Source: a virus
Taxonomy: Duplodnaviria; Caudoviricetes
Strand: one strand, 5' to 3'
Length of the DNA stretch: 50,421 nucleotides
IMG/VR virus record: IMGVR_UViG_3300046772_000037
Span: 1-50,421 of that record
Part shown: positions 1-9,591 of the stretch, piece by piece
Position numbering within the stretch: position 1 is the first letter of the stretch
Layout of the letters: each line of letters starts with the position of its first letter
The notes under the pieces: model-generated
Told to the model about the DNA's origin: nothing
Seen by the model: the letters and a program-made list of their open reading frames with translations, nothing else
The model's database searches: none
Program-made: the position numbers and the translations under genes

Positions 1-1
1 A

Positions 2-124
2 ACAAATGTTATTGTTAGAAAGATTGCTGGATATAAAGTTTCTGTTCCAGATAGCCCAGCATTCCCAGAAAAAGTTGATTTAGAATTAATCTCTGAGTGG
101 AGAGAGGATAGGAAGAATGCCTAG
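2..124 (+). CDS. 3' end of a truncated upstream gene, probably a minor tail protein
   Basis: Open frame from the window edge, TNVIVRKIAGYKVSVPDSPAFPEKVDLELISEWREDRKNA*, with TAG at 122-124 overlapping the next start. Confidence 0.6.
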   Translation, partial: TNVIVRKIAGYKVSVPDSPAFPEKVDLELISEWREDRKNA

Positions 125-1448
125 TAGACGCCGTTCTCGCAATAAAAACCTTGGCAATAACCTTGCCGACGTTCAGCGTCGCTTACGTTTCTTAGAGCGT
201 CGTCCTGTACGCAGTAAATTATCAAGCAGAGTTGTCACTAAGGCTGCTATGGCGCCAAACTCTGTAAGCCCAGATGAAGTTACCTTTGGAGTTGTTCAGA
301 CAGTTCCACCTGGTCAGACCGCTGATGATTACGCTCAAACTATAGAAAACCCAAAAGAGGGTCAATTCCTCATCACCACTACAGGAGCAACTGCCGGTGA
401 ATCTCAGGTCTACTCTGAGACAACAGAGTCTTATATCTCTGTAGCAGACCCTGTTGCCTCTGCATCTGCCGACGCTGCATCAGACGCCGCTGCTTTGGCT
501 GCTGCTAATGCTCAGGCTGCTCAAACAACAGCCGATGGAAAAAATAAAGTTTATCGTCAAGCAAGTCAACCTGCGACTGGTCCTTTTGCAGAAGGAGACC
601 TTTGGTTTGATACAGATGATGATAATAGGATTTATCGCTACACGGGAGGTTCTTGGTCAACAGCAGTTCAATTAGGAAATAACGCTATTGCTTCCTTGTC
701 AGCAAGCAAACTTACTGCTGGAACTATTGACGCTAACGTAATCACTGTTTCTAATATCAATGCCGGTAATATTACTGCTGGAAATATTGCATCAGCAAGA
801 CTAACAACAACACAACTAAATGCAACAAATATTACTGCTGGAACATTAAGCGGTATTACTATCCAGACCTCAGGAACTGGCAACCGAATTGCTATGACTA
901 ACACAGATGAACTTCATTTTTTTAACAACTCTAATACCAGAATAGGAACAATTGGACCTTTTGAGTTGGGTGGGGCAAATGTAGGTCTTATGGCTTTTGG
1001 GGGAGAGAACGCTTTTGATGCTCCAATAATGCATGCATACTACGAAGGACCTAACGTTGGTAGAAGTATGTATCTTTCAGGTGGAGGTCTTGCTGCATCA
1101 CCATCTATATCATTAAACTGTGACCCTACTCCTAATGGTGATGAAAATAGAATATTTATTACCGCCGGTGGCTCTACTTCTTTAGTTGGCTCTATTGGAA
1201 TTCTTGCTGGTCAAGGAGGAATAACCATTGCATCATGGACTGGAAGCGGTGCTGGTGCAGATTACATAGAGTTTGCTACTGATTACACCGATTCTGGTAG
1301 CATATCTATGTCAGCAGACAGAATTAATTTACTTGGAGTAGTAAAATTATATGGAGAGAGTCTGGGCTCTGGAACAGGAGCACCACCAAACTACACTGGA
1401 AACGAGGCAGACCAAAACATAGGCGCAATATTTTTTAGATATACATAA
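117..1448 (+). CDS. Minor tail / tail-fibre anchor protein
   Basis: N-terminal coiled coil (LADVQRRLRFLERR); fibre motif PATGPFAEGDLWFDTDDDNRIYRYTGGSW; ITAGxI beta-helix-like repeats typical of siphovirus tail proteins. Confidence 0.75.
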   Translation: MPSRRRSRNKNLGNNLADVQRRLRFLERRPVRSKLSSRVVTKAAMAPNSVSPDEVTFGVVQTVPPGQTADDYAQTIENPKEGQFLITTTGATAGESQVYSETTESYISVADPVASASADAASDAAALAAANAQAAQTTADGKNKVYRQASQPATGPFAEGDLWFDTDDDNRIYRYTGGSWSTAVQLGNNAIASLSASKLTAGTIDANVITVSNINAGNITAGNIASARLTTTQLNATNITAGTLSGITIQTSGTGNRIAMTNTDELHFFNNSNTRIGTIGPFELGGANVGLMAFGGENAFDAPIMHAYYEGPNVGRSMYLSGGGLAASPSISLNCDPTPNGDENRIFITAGGSTSLVGSIGILAGQGGITIASWTGSGAGADYIEFATDYTDSGSISMSADRINLLGVVKLYGESLGSGTGAPPNYTGNEADQNIGAIFFRYT

Positions 1449-1480
1449 GACTAAGACTTACAACAAAAGGACTAACTACT

Positions 1481-4400
1481 ATGCCAGGATATGTATGGGA
1501 CGGCAGCAATTGGCGTACCATGAACTCCATATGGACATGGGACGGCAGCAATTGGCGTTCCGTGTCTTCTGGCTGGGCTTGGACTGGAAGTACTTGGTCT
1601 CAAATATTTAGCAGTGGAACATTTACTCCAATACTTAGGATTTCTGGACAAACAACTCCAGCAACTGCAAGAAGTGCCGGCCTTGCTATTGAGTTGTATA
1701 GAGGCTCAACTGCCTCTGGAAGTTATGCATATCAATTTCAATATGCAATAGGAACTACGTCAAGTTGGACAAATGAAAGTATTACAGGAAGTTCTGGAAC
1801 ATTAACAGGAGCAACTACTACTGCCTCTTTTACAACAGACTCTTCTTATGTAACATCGCTAGAAACAATTGCTTACAGTGGAAACAATACTGGAATTTTA
1901 GACGATATAGATACATATAGACTTCAAGTATCAAAACAAGCATATATAAGAGCAAGAGTAATAAAATCTGGAGAAACTCAGTTCACAAACAATGTAAGAA
2001 TTCAAAAGCGTCAAGCAATAAATACTGGAACTCTTTTACGTCTAAGAAGAGCATCTACTGGAATTACTTACACTCTAACTGGCAACCCATCAACAGATAA
2101 ACAGCCTTTCGTAGGCGATACTATTTTTTGGGAGCCAAGTTTTCAATCAACTACCACTCTCACAAATGACACAAGACCTGACTATTATTGGTTTAGTTTT
2201 GACTCAAATAGCGGACCAAATTATAGAAATTCTATTATTAGTGACCCAACAAACCCAAGAAACCCTATCAATGCACGTTCTTATACGATTCAAAGTTCTG
2301 ACATCAATGGTCCTGTTGTTTGTAATCTTAGAGCAGTAAATACAAATGGTGCTGGAACTGGCGACATAACTATTGCTACACGCGATGTGTCGGATGGAAC
2401 GCTTACAGCACCAACTAACCTTGTTCTTCAATATTCTGGTCTAAATCTAGTTGGAACCTGGGACCCTGCTGGTGGAGGAAATGACACAACAATTACCTAC
2501 ACTTGGTTTCTTGAGCGTAGCGTTGGTGGTGGTGCTTATACTCAGATTGCATCTGGAAATACAACTACTCAGACATTTTCAAGTTCGCAGACAACTGCTG
2601 GTAACTATAGGTTCCGTGTAACAGCGGCTCAGACTGGAAGTCCTAACGTAACTTCTGAATATTCAAATGTTTTTGAACTCAAAGCACCAGCGGCCTTCAA
2701 CGTAACAATTCAAAATGTTACAAACACAGAAACTTATAGACCTTCACTGTTTACTGTTAGTGCTCCTACTTTAAGTTCTACTGTAGTCAACCGATGGGAT
2801 TGGAACTGGACAACATCAACTATTACTGGTCCAGCATATGCAAAAGTTGGGTCTTTCAACGTAACATCTATGAATAACTGGACAAGCACACTAACTAGAC
2901 CTGGCGGAGGAACATCTACAACTACAGTTTCAAGTCCAACAGATTTTTGGATTATTACAAGTAGTGGATTTCATACAGAAACAGTTACTGCAAATAACAA
3001 TAGAAAAAACTATGTAAGAATCTCGTGGACAAAACCAGCATCAACAAGTGCTGTAAGTTATAGAATCAATATAAATGCTTATTCGGCTGCAACTGGTGGA
3101 AGTATTGATTGGACCAGAGTTATCAATGTTGAAGATGTAACTTTTGTTGATATTGAGCACGACTATGCTGCCAATGGTGCATGGTCAAATGGTCAAACAG
3201 TATTTGTATCATCAGTAATTGCATATAATGGAGCAGGGCAAACTGGAGTATCAACAGTTGGAACTACTCCTACATTCAATGAATTTGGCGCAGATGGCAC
3301 AACAAACTGGAGTGCATGTAATGTCATTGGAACAAGACAAGCATCCGTAACTAATAACTTAACGTTAGAAAGTCCTACAGCAAGTTTTATATACATTACT
3401 GGAACATTTCAACCATCAGGTGTTCTTTCTGTTACTGGAACTAGACCATCAACAGGAACTACAGGGTGGAGTCCTTTATTTAGCGATGCAGGGTGGACCC
3501 ATACATATCAATGGTATCGGGAGGGAAGTGTTACTTTTGGAACTATATCTGGAGCAACATCTCCAACTCTTACAATACCAAGTTCATCTGCATATGTTGG
3601 GGATGTGATTAATGTAAACGTTGCATCAACATATAAAGGTCAAAGTTTTGGCTCAAGATTTGACTCTACATCTGATGCTGATAGCACTATATATCCTGGA
3701 GCACCAGTCTCATTTACTGTCAATGATAACGGAAATAGAACGTTTTCTGTTACTAACGTATCTGCTCTAGGAGCCACTCACTATTACGGAAGTTATAGTG
3801 GAACTTTTGGTAGTGGAACTATTGGAGAAACAGCCATTGGTGGAACATGGAGTAGTCCTCAAGGTTTTGCTGGTTCAGTTACTGTAACTTTATTTGCTAG
3901 AACATATAAGACGATTATTTACCCAACAAATCAGGGAAGTGTAGCCTTTAACTCTAAAACATCAGCAGTTGTTCAACAAACAATAAGCCCATCACCACAA
4001 GACACGTCTTCAAGAAGATACCTAAGCAATGCTCCATCTGTTAGTGCTGGGAATACTTTATATATTTCAACTAATGGCTATTTTGGAAACGCGGCAATGG
4101 GAACTAATAATTACTTTAGCCCAATTCCTACCCCTGGTGGATTCCTAAATATTGCTGCTCAGGACCTCGTGATGTCTTATTGCTTTACAAAAGTTGATAA
4201 TGGTGGTATTTGGATTCGTTATAGAGGAGAAAGATACCCTTCTGGAACAAATAGATGGCTAGAATATCAAGCATATCTAACATTCTCTGGAACAGTATAT
4301 GTTTTATTTATAGAAAACTCATTGACTGATTATGTTGCAAGTACTGCATACACTATCAATGGTTCAATTCAAAATACTTGGGCTTCATCTTCAGCAGACC

Positions 4401-5992
4401 AAAGTGGTTTTACAATAAACCAAGGAACTACTGGATGGACTCAGAGAACAGCAACTACTGGAACTGCTGATGATGGATATGTTGCTTTCACTGTGATTCG
4501 TCCTGCTAGACAGCATCAAGCCAGCGCTGTCACAAGAACTGCTGGAGGATTTACTTTCAACATTACAAACGTAGATGACGGTTTATTTGAGTCTGCCGCA
4601 AGTTATGGGGTAAGCACTACAGCAGGAACAGCATCAATTAACGCTAGCACTGGATTAGTTACTCAGACTGGCTTGACTTCTAACCAGTTTGCTACAGTAA
4701 CAGTTAGTAAGGCAAGAACAGGTTATGAGACTGCTACTAACGTTGAGCGCCAAGGACAGGCTTTAGCGGGCTCTCCTCCATCACAAACGGTGGCTCCATC
4801 TATTTCTGCTAGTGGAACAGCAGATGCTTCTGGAACTGTCAGAAGAATACAGGTTGGGGGAACTGTATCTGGTAGTGCTGGAACTTACAATAATCAGCAA
4901 AGTATTTCTTCTGGACTTCTTACTATTTTAAGTAACTCATACACTGGGTCAGATAGCGACTGGACAAGTGCTGGAAGTTTGGGAACTAGCGTTTTAATTG
5001 GAACCAGTGCTGCCAGTGCGTCAGCAAATATGTATAGGTGGAGAGACCGAGTAGTTGGAACAGATGGCTCTACTGTTGATTTTTATACACCAGTAAGTTA
5101 TAGAGCAGTCTATGCTCCACCTCCTGGAGGAAGCCTTAATAGTGTTACTCAAACTAGTATCACTATAAATTACACTGGAGGAAGCGGGGCTCCTAGATAC
5201 TACAGATTCAGAGATGGGACCCAGATTGATTTTATCAATGATGGCGGTGCTGGTCCTTTTACAACAACATTTAGTGGATTAAGTGCTGGAACTTTTTATA
5301 CTGTTCAACTATTCGGTGGAAATACCGAAGGCTATCTATCTGTAGGTGCTGCTGGAGGAACATACCAAACTGCATCAAACAAACTCGCTACTCCTACAGG
5401 AGTAAACGCATCTGATAATAGAACTGATGGTGTTTTAGTTTCGTGGAATGCTGTTTCTGGTGCTTCTTATTATGGTATTTGGTGGGGTGGTCCTCCAGGA
5501 TACGACAATGCTCCAGACTTTGGTGGACCAAACTCCAATGGAGGTTGGAATGGTTTTGGTACATCATTTTTGGATACTACTATTTCTGCCGGCTCTTCTC
5601 GTGACTACTATGTTCAGGCATACGCAAGTGGTAACCCCGCTGGAACAAAGAGTGATTGGGGTGGACCAAACAATGGAACAAGAATATCTGCTCCAGTGGG
5701 AGGAACCCCAGGTACTCCTTCAACACCTTCTATTAGTTATTTAGGTTCTGGTCCGTTTAGATGGTCTGCTACTACATCTGCTGGAATAAACACAGACTCT
5801 TTGGAATGGAACTGGGAAGTTGCTTCTAATAGTGGAGGTCCTGCTGCCTCAAGTGGAACATCTATTACTGGCGCTACTGGCACTGGAACTTGGTCAGATT
5901 CTACTTATTCATGGGCTCGTGTAAGAGTTAGAGGCTATAACAATGCTGCTGCAACATATGGACCATATAGTGGATTCTCGGGTTGGGCGTAA
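1481..5992 (+). CDS. Large S/T/G-rich virion fibre protein with several FN3/Ig-like domains
   Basis: 1503 aa; N-terminal WDGSNW repeats; FN3-like segments (APTNL...GTWDP...YRFRVTA; TPTGVNASD...VSWNAV...YYVQAY; final RVRVRGYN...YGPYSGFS). Confidence 0.7.
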   Translation: MPGYVWDGSNWRTMNSIWTWDGSNWRSVSSGWAWTGSTWSQIFSSGTFTPILRISGQTTPATARSAGLAIELYRGSTASGSYAYQFQYAIGTTSSWTNESITGSSGTLTGATTTASFTTDSSYVTSLETIAYSGNNTGILDDIDTYRLQVSKQAYIRARVIKSGETQFTNNVRIQKRQAINTGTLLRLRRASTGITYTLTGNPSTDKQPFVGDTIFWEPSFQSTTTLTNDTRPDYYWFSFDSNSGPNYRNSIISDPTNPRNPINARSYTIQSSDINGPVVCNLRAVNTNGAGTGDITIATRDVSDGTLTAPTNLVLQYSGLNLVGTWDPAGGGNDTTITYTWFLERSVGGGAYTQIASGNTTTQTFSSSQTTAGNYRFRVTAAQTGSPNVTSEYSNVFELKAPAAFNVTIQNVTNTETYRPSLFTVSAPTLSSTVVNRWDWNWTTSTITGPAYAKVGSFNVTSMNNWTSTLTRPGGGTSTTTVSSPTDFWIITSSGFHTETVTANNNRKNYVRISWTKPASTSAVSYRININAYSAATGGSIDWTRVINVEDVTFVDIEHDYAANGAWSNGQTVFVSSVIAYNGAGQTGVSTVGTTPTFNEFGADGTTNWSACNVIGTRQASVTNNLTLESPTASFIYITGTFQPSGVLSVTGTRPSTGTTGWSPLFSDAGWTHTYQWYREGSVTFGTISGATSPTLTIPSSSAYVGDVINVNVASTYKGQSFGSRFDSTSDADSTIYPGAPVSFTVNDNGNRTFSVTNVSALGATHYYGSYSGTFGSGTIGETAIGGTWSSPQGFAGSVTVTLFARTYKTIIYPTNQGSVAFNSKTSAVVQQTISPSPQDTSSRRYLSNAPSVSAGNTLYISTNGYFGNAAMGTNNYFSPIPTPGGFLNIAAQDLVMSYCFTKVDNGGIWIRYRGERYPSGTNRWLEYQAYLTFSGTVYVLFIENSLTDYVASTAYTINGSIQNTWASSSADQSGFTINQGTTGWTQRTATTGTADDGYVAFTVIRPARQHQASAVTRTAGGFTFNITNVDDGLFESAASYGVSTTAGTASINASTGLVTQTGLTSNQFATVTVSKARTGYETATNVERQGQALAGSPPSQTVAPSISASGTADASGTVRRIQVGGTVSGSAGTYNNQQSISSGLLTILSNSYTGSDSDWTSAGSLGTSVLIGTSAASASANMYRWRDRVVGTDGSTVDFYTPVSYRAVYAPPPGGSLNSVTQTSITINYTGGSGAPRYYRFRDGTQIDFINDGGAGPFTTTFSGLSAGTFYTVQLFGGNTEGYLSVGAAGGTYQTASNKLATPTGVNASDNRTDGVLVSWNAVSGASYYGIWWGGPPGYDNAPDFGGPNSNGGWNGFGTSFLDTTISAGSSRDYYVQAYASGNPAGTKSDWGGPNNGTRISAPVGGTPGTPSTPSISYLGSGPFRWSATTSAGINTDSLEWNWEVASNSGGPAASSGTSITGATGTGTWSDSTYSWARVRVRGYNNAAATYGPYSGFSGWA
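1495..1558 (+). repeat. 22-bp direct repeat ATGGGACGGCAGCAATTGGCGT x2 (42-bp period) encoding WDGSNWR
   Basis: Exact copies at 1495-1516 and 1537-1558. Confidence 0.9.
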
Positions 5993-5994
5993 TT

Positions 5995-6207
5995 ATGAAT
6001 ATACAAGATAAACTAGAAATACTAAATTTACATCTAAACAATGTCAATTCTCATATAGAAAAACTTGAATTGGCTATAGAAGAACAACCTGATGGAGATA
6101 TGCCAGATAAAGAGCCTAGGTCGTCTGTTCTGCTAGAGTTTAGAAGTAAAAAAGAAATCTTAGAAAACATGATTTTTGACCTACAAAAAACCAATATTCC
6201 TGAGTAG
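5995..6207 (+). CDS. Small helical hypothetical protein, possible fibre chaperone
   Basis: ATG at 5995 just after the fibre stop; resembles the next ORF (DK..I...H...V......LE). Confidence 0.6.
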   Translation: MNIQDKLEILNLHLNNVNSHIEKLELAIEEQPDGDMPDKEPRSSVLLEFRSKKEILENMIFDLQKTNIPE

Positions 6208-6248
6208 CAAACTGCTATTATAGGTATACCCGACATAAGGAGAAAACG

Positions 6249-6473
6249 ATGGCTAACATAGAATACGAATACCTCAACGATGCCGATAAGAACAATATCG
6301 TTATCAACCACATCCGTAGCGTGGAATACAACCTCTACAATCTTGAAATCCAGAAAGTTGTTGCTAACGCGGCTACAACAAAAGACCAGCAACTTTTGAC
6401 TCAACTGGACCAAGAGATTTCTGACGGTCAGGCAAGAATTACAGAGTTGAAAGCACTTTTGATTACTGAGTAA
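6249..6473 (+). CDS. Small helical hypothetical protein, possible fibre chaperone
   Basis: Strong RBS TAAGGAG; coiled-coil pattern. Confidence 0.7.
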   Translation: MANIEYEYLNDADKNNIVINHIRSVEYNLYNLEIQKVVANAATTKDQQLLTQLDQEISDGQARITELKALLITE

Positions 6474-6478
6474 TCACT

Positions 6479-6730
6479 ATGGCTGAATCTAATGAAAAAG
6501 ATTTAGTTATCGCTGCTCTACGGCAGAGAATCGGGGAACTGGTCTCTGCCTATGAGACAGATATTGCTGTTATTAGGGCTAGTTATACTAAATTAAAACA
6601 AGACTTTGACCATATATCTAAGGTTCTTGCTGACCAAACGCCAGAGCCTTTAGATGGTAAGAGCCAAGACAACCCCTTTCAACCTGTGACAAAATTTACT
6701 CCTCCTGACGTAAAGAAGAAGAAAGACTAA
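6479..6730 (+). CDS. Coiled-coil hypothetical protein
   Basis: 83 aa, heptad pattern, tight operon spacing. Confidence 0.65.
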   Translation: MAESNEKDLVIAALRQRIGELVSAYETDIAVIRASYTKLKQDFDHISKVLADQTPEPLDGKSQDNPFQPVTKFTPPDVKKKKD

Positions 6731-6731
6731 A

Positions 6732-7202
6732 ATGTTTGAGGTAAAAGACGGTTCTAGGACTTTACAGTTCAAAGGACGCTTGCTCGCTGAGTCTTCTTCG
6801 TGGCGCAGAGGGTCAACTAGGTGGATTGAGTTTGCTCTGTATAGAACAGAAAATGGCTCATATGTTCTTTCACGCATTGGTGTCTCTTTAATTTTTCATG
6901 GCGCTGCTTGTCCTCTTATAACTCGTTATGGGTTAGTGGAAGCAACCCCAGAAGAGTTGGAGCGAGATGCTTTGCCCTGCGAAGAATGTAGACCAAATAA
7001 AAATGTTCCTTTAGTATTTCCAGAAAAATATCGCTATTGGGCGCAGGTAAGCGAAGACCCTAAGCCTGTTCTTGATGCTCTATATAAGTATGACCAGAAC
7101 GGTGCTCGTTATCTAACTAATGTAGCACAAAGGCTTCTTGAAGAGGCAGCAGAGAATGACGAAAGAATAGATAGTATTTACAGAATAGAGATGATTCCGT
7201 AG
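6732..7202 (+). CDS. Hypothetical protein with a possible Zn site (H-x3-C ... C-x2-C)
   Basis: HGAACP and PCEECRP motifs; coupled to the previous stop. Confidence 0.65.
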   Translation: MFEVKDGSRTLQFKGRLLAESSSWRRGSTRWIEFALYRTENGSYVLSRIGVSLIFHGAACPLITRYGLVEATPEELERDALPCEECRPNKNVPLVFPEKYRYWAQVSEDPKPVLDALYKYDQNGARYLTNVAQRLLEEAAENDERIDSIYRIEMIP

Positions 7203-7232
7203 TATTCCTACAACCGCTAGTAAGAAGGACAA

Positions 7233-9053
7233 ATGACGCAAGGATTAGATGGCATAGAAGTAACGCTAGTAGATAGCGCAGAAAAAGCCGCAGACTTTAT
7301 TCACTGGCTAGGTGAGCGACGTCCATATAACGCAATTGCAATTGATACTGAAACTGGAGAAAAACCAGGAAGACCAAGAAGTGATGCGCTATCTCCATGG
7401 CATGGAGATTTAAGACTTGTCCAAGTAGGAGATTCACAAAAGGGTTGGTCTATTCCTTGGAATGAATGGTCTGGTGTTTTTTATGAAGCAATGGATAAGT
7501 TTGATGGACCACTTGTCTGTCACAACATTGCTTTTGAAGCACGATGGTTTGCAATTAAATCTCGCTGGGATATTCCTTGGCACCGTGCCCACGACACGAT
7601 GATTATGGCGCACTTGATTGACCCACTAGGTCCTGGTGCTCTAAAAGTTCTTGCTGAAAATCTTATTGACCCACGGGGTGCTTACCTACAACAAAAACTA
7701 GATGAAGGTCTTGTTGAAAATGGTTGGACTTGGGGAACTGTTCCAATCAACTTTGAGCCTTATTGGGCATACGGCGCTCTTGACCCAATCTTGACAATGC
7801 GCTTATGGGAAAAATTTTATGAAAAGTGCGGTCCTGGAAAGCCATACCACAAGGCATATGAACTTGAGATGGCTACTCGTAAAATTGTTACACGCATGGA
7901 AATCAACGGCGCTCGTGTTGATATTGATTACTCTAAGAAAAAATATCAAGAACTTCTTGACTACACAACAAGTGTAAAAGAATGGGGAGCAAGCACCTAT
8001 TCTGGAACAAGCCTCACTAGCAACATTCAACTTGTTCGTCTCTTTGAAAAATTAGGTGGAGAGATTACAGAACTCACTCCTAGTGGTCAGAAGGCATGCA
8101 CAAAAGACCAACTAAAACTTCTTATTAGAGACGGCAACGCCGAGGTAAAAAATCTTGCTGAGACTGTTGTTCAACTTCGTAAAGCAGAAAAACTTGCCAA
8201 TACTTATTTTTTGAACTTCATTGATAAAAATATTGATGGGGTTCTTCATCCATCCGTCAAAACGCTCGGCGCACGGACATCGCGTATGTCTATTACTGAC
8301 CCAGCGCTACAGACCCTTCCTAAGGGAGATGAAACTGTGCGCCGAGCATTTATTCCTAAAGATGAAAACCATGTCATCATCACATCTGACCTGGACCAGG
8401 TTGAGTTCCGTATGTTTGCGTCTTTATCTCAGGACCCAAATCTGATACGACTATTCAACCGTGCTGACCAGATTGGTTCTGACCCGTTCACTGAAATTGG
8501 CCGTGAGGTGTATCAAGAACCAGATATGCAAAAATCTGATAAGCGCAGAACTCTTATCAAGGGAATGGTTTATGGTCGTCTTTATGGTGCTGGAGTTGCT
8601 AAGCAAGCCATCACCGCAGGTGTTCCTGAAGAACAAATGCGTGCTGTTTCAGATGCTTTTGATATTCGCTATCCAGGAATGATTCGTTTTCAAAAAGAGA
8701 TTGAACACGTTGGGATGATGCGAGAGCGTGATACTGGTCAGGGATTTGTTCACACTTGGACTGGTCGCAGAATTCCTTGCGACCAAGGTCGCGTTTACAC
8801 TCTTGTTAACTATTTGATTCAAGGCGGAGCAGCAGAAGTATTTAAGAGCAATCTTATAAAGTTAGACCAAGCAGACCTCACGGAGCATCTAATTGTTCCT
8901 GTTCACGATGAAATTGTTTTACAGGCTCCACGAGAAGACGCTGAAGAGATAAAAAGACTTGTTCAACAATGTATGACTACAGAAGAAGGTTGGTCTGTTC
9001 CGCTTACCGCAGATGTTGATGGGCCTCTAGAGACTTGGGGAGACAAATACTAA
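7233..9053 (+). CDS. polA: Family A DNA polymerase (3'-5' exonuclease + polymerase, no 5'-3' exonuclease)
   Basis: ExoI AIDTET, ExoII HNIAFE, ExoIII YGALD; motif A DLDQVEFR, motif B RTLIKGMVYGRLYG, motif C VHDEIV. Confidence 0.95.
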   Translation: MTQGLDGIEVTLVDSAEKAADFIHWLGERRPYNAIAIDTETGEKPGRPRSDALSPWHGDLRLVQVGDSQKGWSIPWNEWSGVFYEAMDKFDGPLVCHNIAFEARWFAIKSRWDIPWHRAHDTMIMAHLIDPLGPGALKVLAENLIDPRGAYLQQKLDEGLVENGWTWGTVPINFEPYWAYGALDPILTMRLWEKFYEKCGPGKPYHKAYELEMATRKIVTRMEINGARVDIDYSKKKYQELLDYTTSVKEWGASTYSGTSLTSNIQLVRLFEKLGGEITELTPSGQKACTKDQLKLLIRDGNAEVKNLAETVVQLRKAEKLANTYFLNFIDKNIDGVLHPSVKTLGARTSRMSITDPALQTLPKGDETVRRAFIPKDENHVIITSDLDQVEFRMFASLSQDPNLIRLFNRADQIGSDPFTEIGREVYQEPDMQKSDKRRTLIKGMVYGRLYGAGVAKQAITAGVPEEQMRAVSDAFDIRYPGMIRFQKEIEHVGMMRERDTGQGFVHTWTGRRIPCDQGRVYTLVNYLIQGGAAEVFKSNLIKLDQADLTEHLIVPVHDEIVLQAPREDAEEIKRLVQQCMTTEEGWSVPLTADVDGPLETWGDKY

Positions 9054-9054
9054 A

Positions 9055-9522
9055 ATGATTGGAGTATTAGCAGTTGACCCAGGTCAAACTACTGGAGTTG
9101 TTTTTCTCCAGTGGGACCAAAACCAAGAACAACTACCAACAAAAGTCATATCTGATGAACCAGACCAAAAATCTTTTGCTTCAGTAATTGAGCCAATCTT
9201 GGCAAATAAACACACATATGATAGTTTTTATGTCGTATGTGAAAGATTTATAATAAATGCGCAAACTGTTAGAAACTCTCAGGCTCCCTATAGCCTTGAG
9301 CAGATAGGTGTCCTCAAGCATCTTTGTAGGGTAAATGGATATAACCCTGACGAAATCTCATTTCAGGCGCCTGTAGATGCCAAAAATATGTTTCCAAATC
9401 CAGCCCTTAAGAAGATAGGGGTCTGGCATGTTGGAGGTGGTGGGCACGCTCTAGATGCTGCCCGACACGCCCTACTCAAAATGACTAGGGTTGGATGGAA
9501 ACCAAAAATCCTGCTAGACTAA
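9055..9522 (+). CDS. RuvC-like Holliday junction resolvase
   Basis: N-terminal VLAVDPGQTTG, central VVCERF, C-terminal HALDAARHA (RNase H-fold acidic residues). Confidence 0.8.
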   Translation: MIGVLAVDPGQTTGVVFLQWDQNQEQLPTKVISDEPDQKSFASVIEPILANKHTYDSFYVVCERFIINAQTVRNSQAPYSLEQIGVLKHLCRVNGYNPDEISFQAPVDAKNMFPNPALKKIGVWHVGGGGHALDAARHALLKMTRVGWKPKILLD

Positions 9523-9591
9523 CCAATAGAAGAAAAAAATATTTCAAGCCGCAATAAAAATTTTTTTTCTTAGTGACGAAAGGAACCACTA

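Noticed and set aside
9530-9571. AAGAAAAAAA / TTTTTTTCTT inverted repeat before the helicase
   Set aside because: Low-complexity A/T tracts; more likely a promoter UP-like region than a structured element
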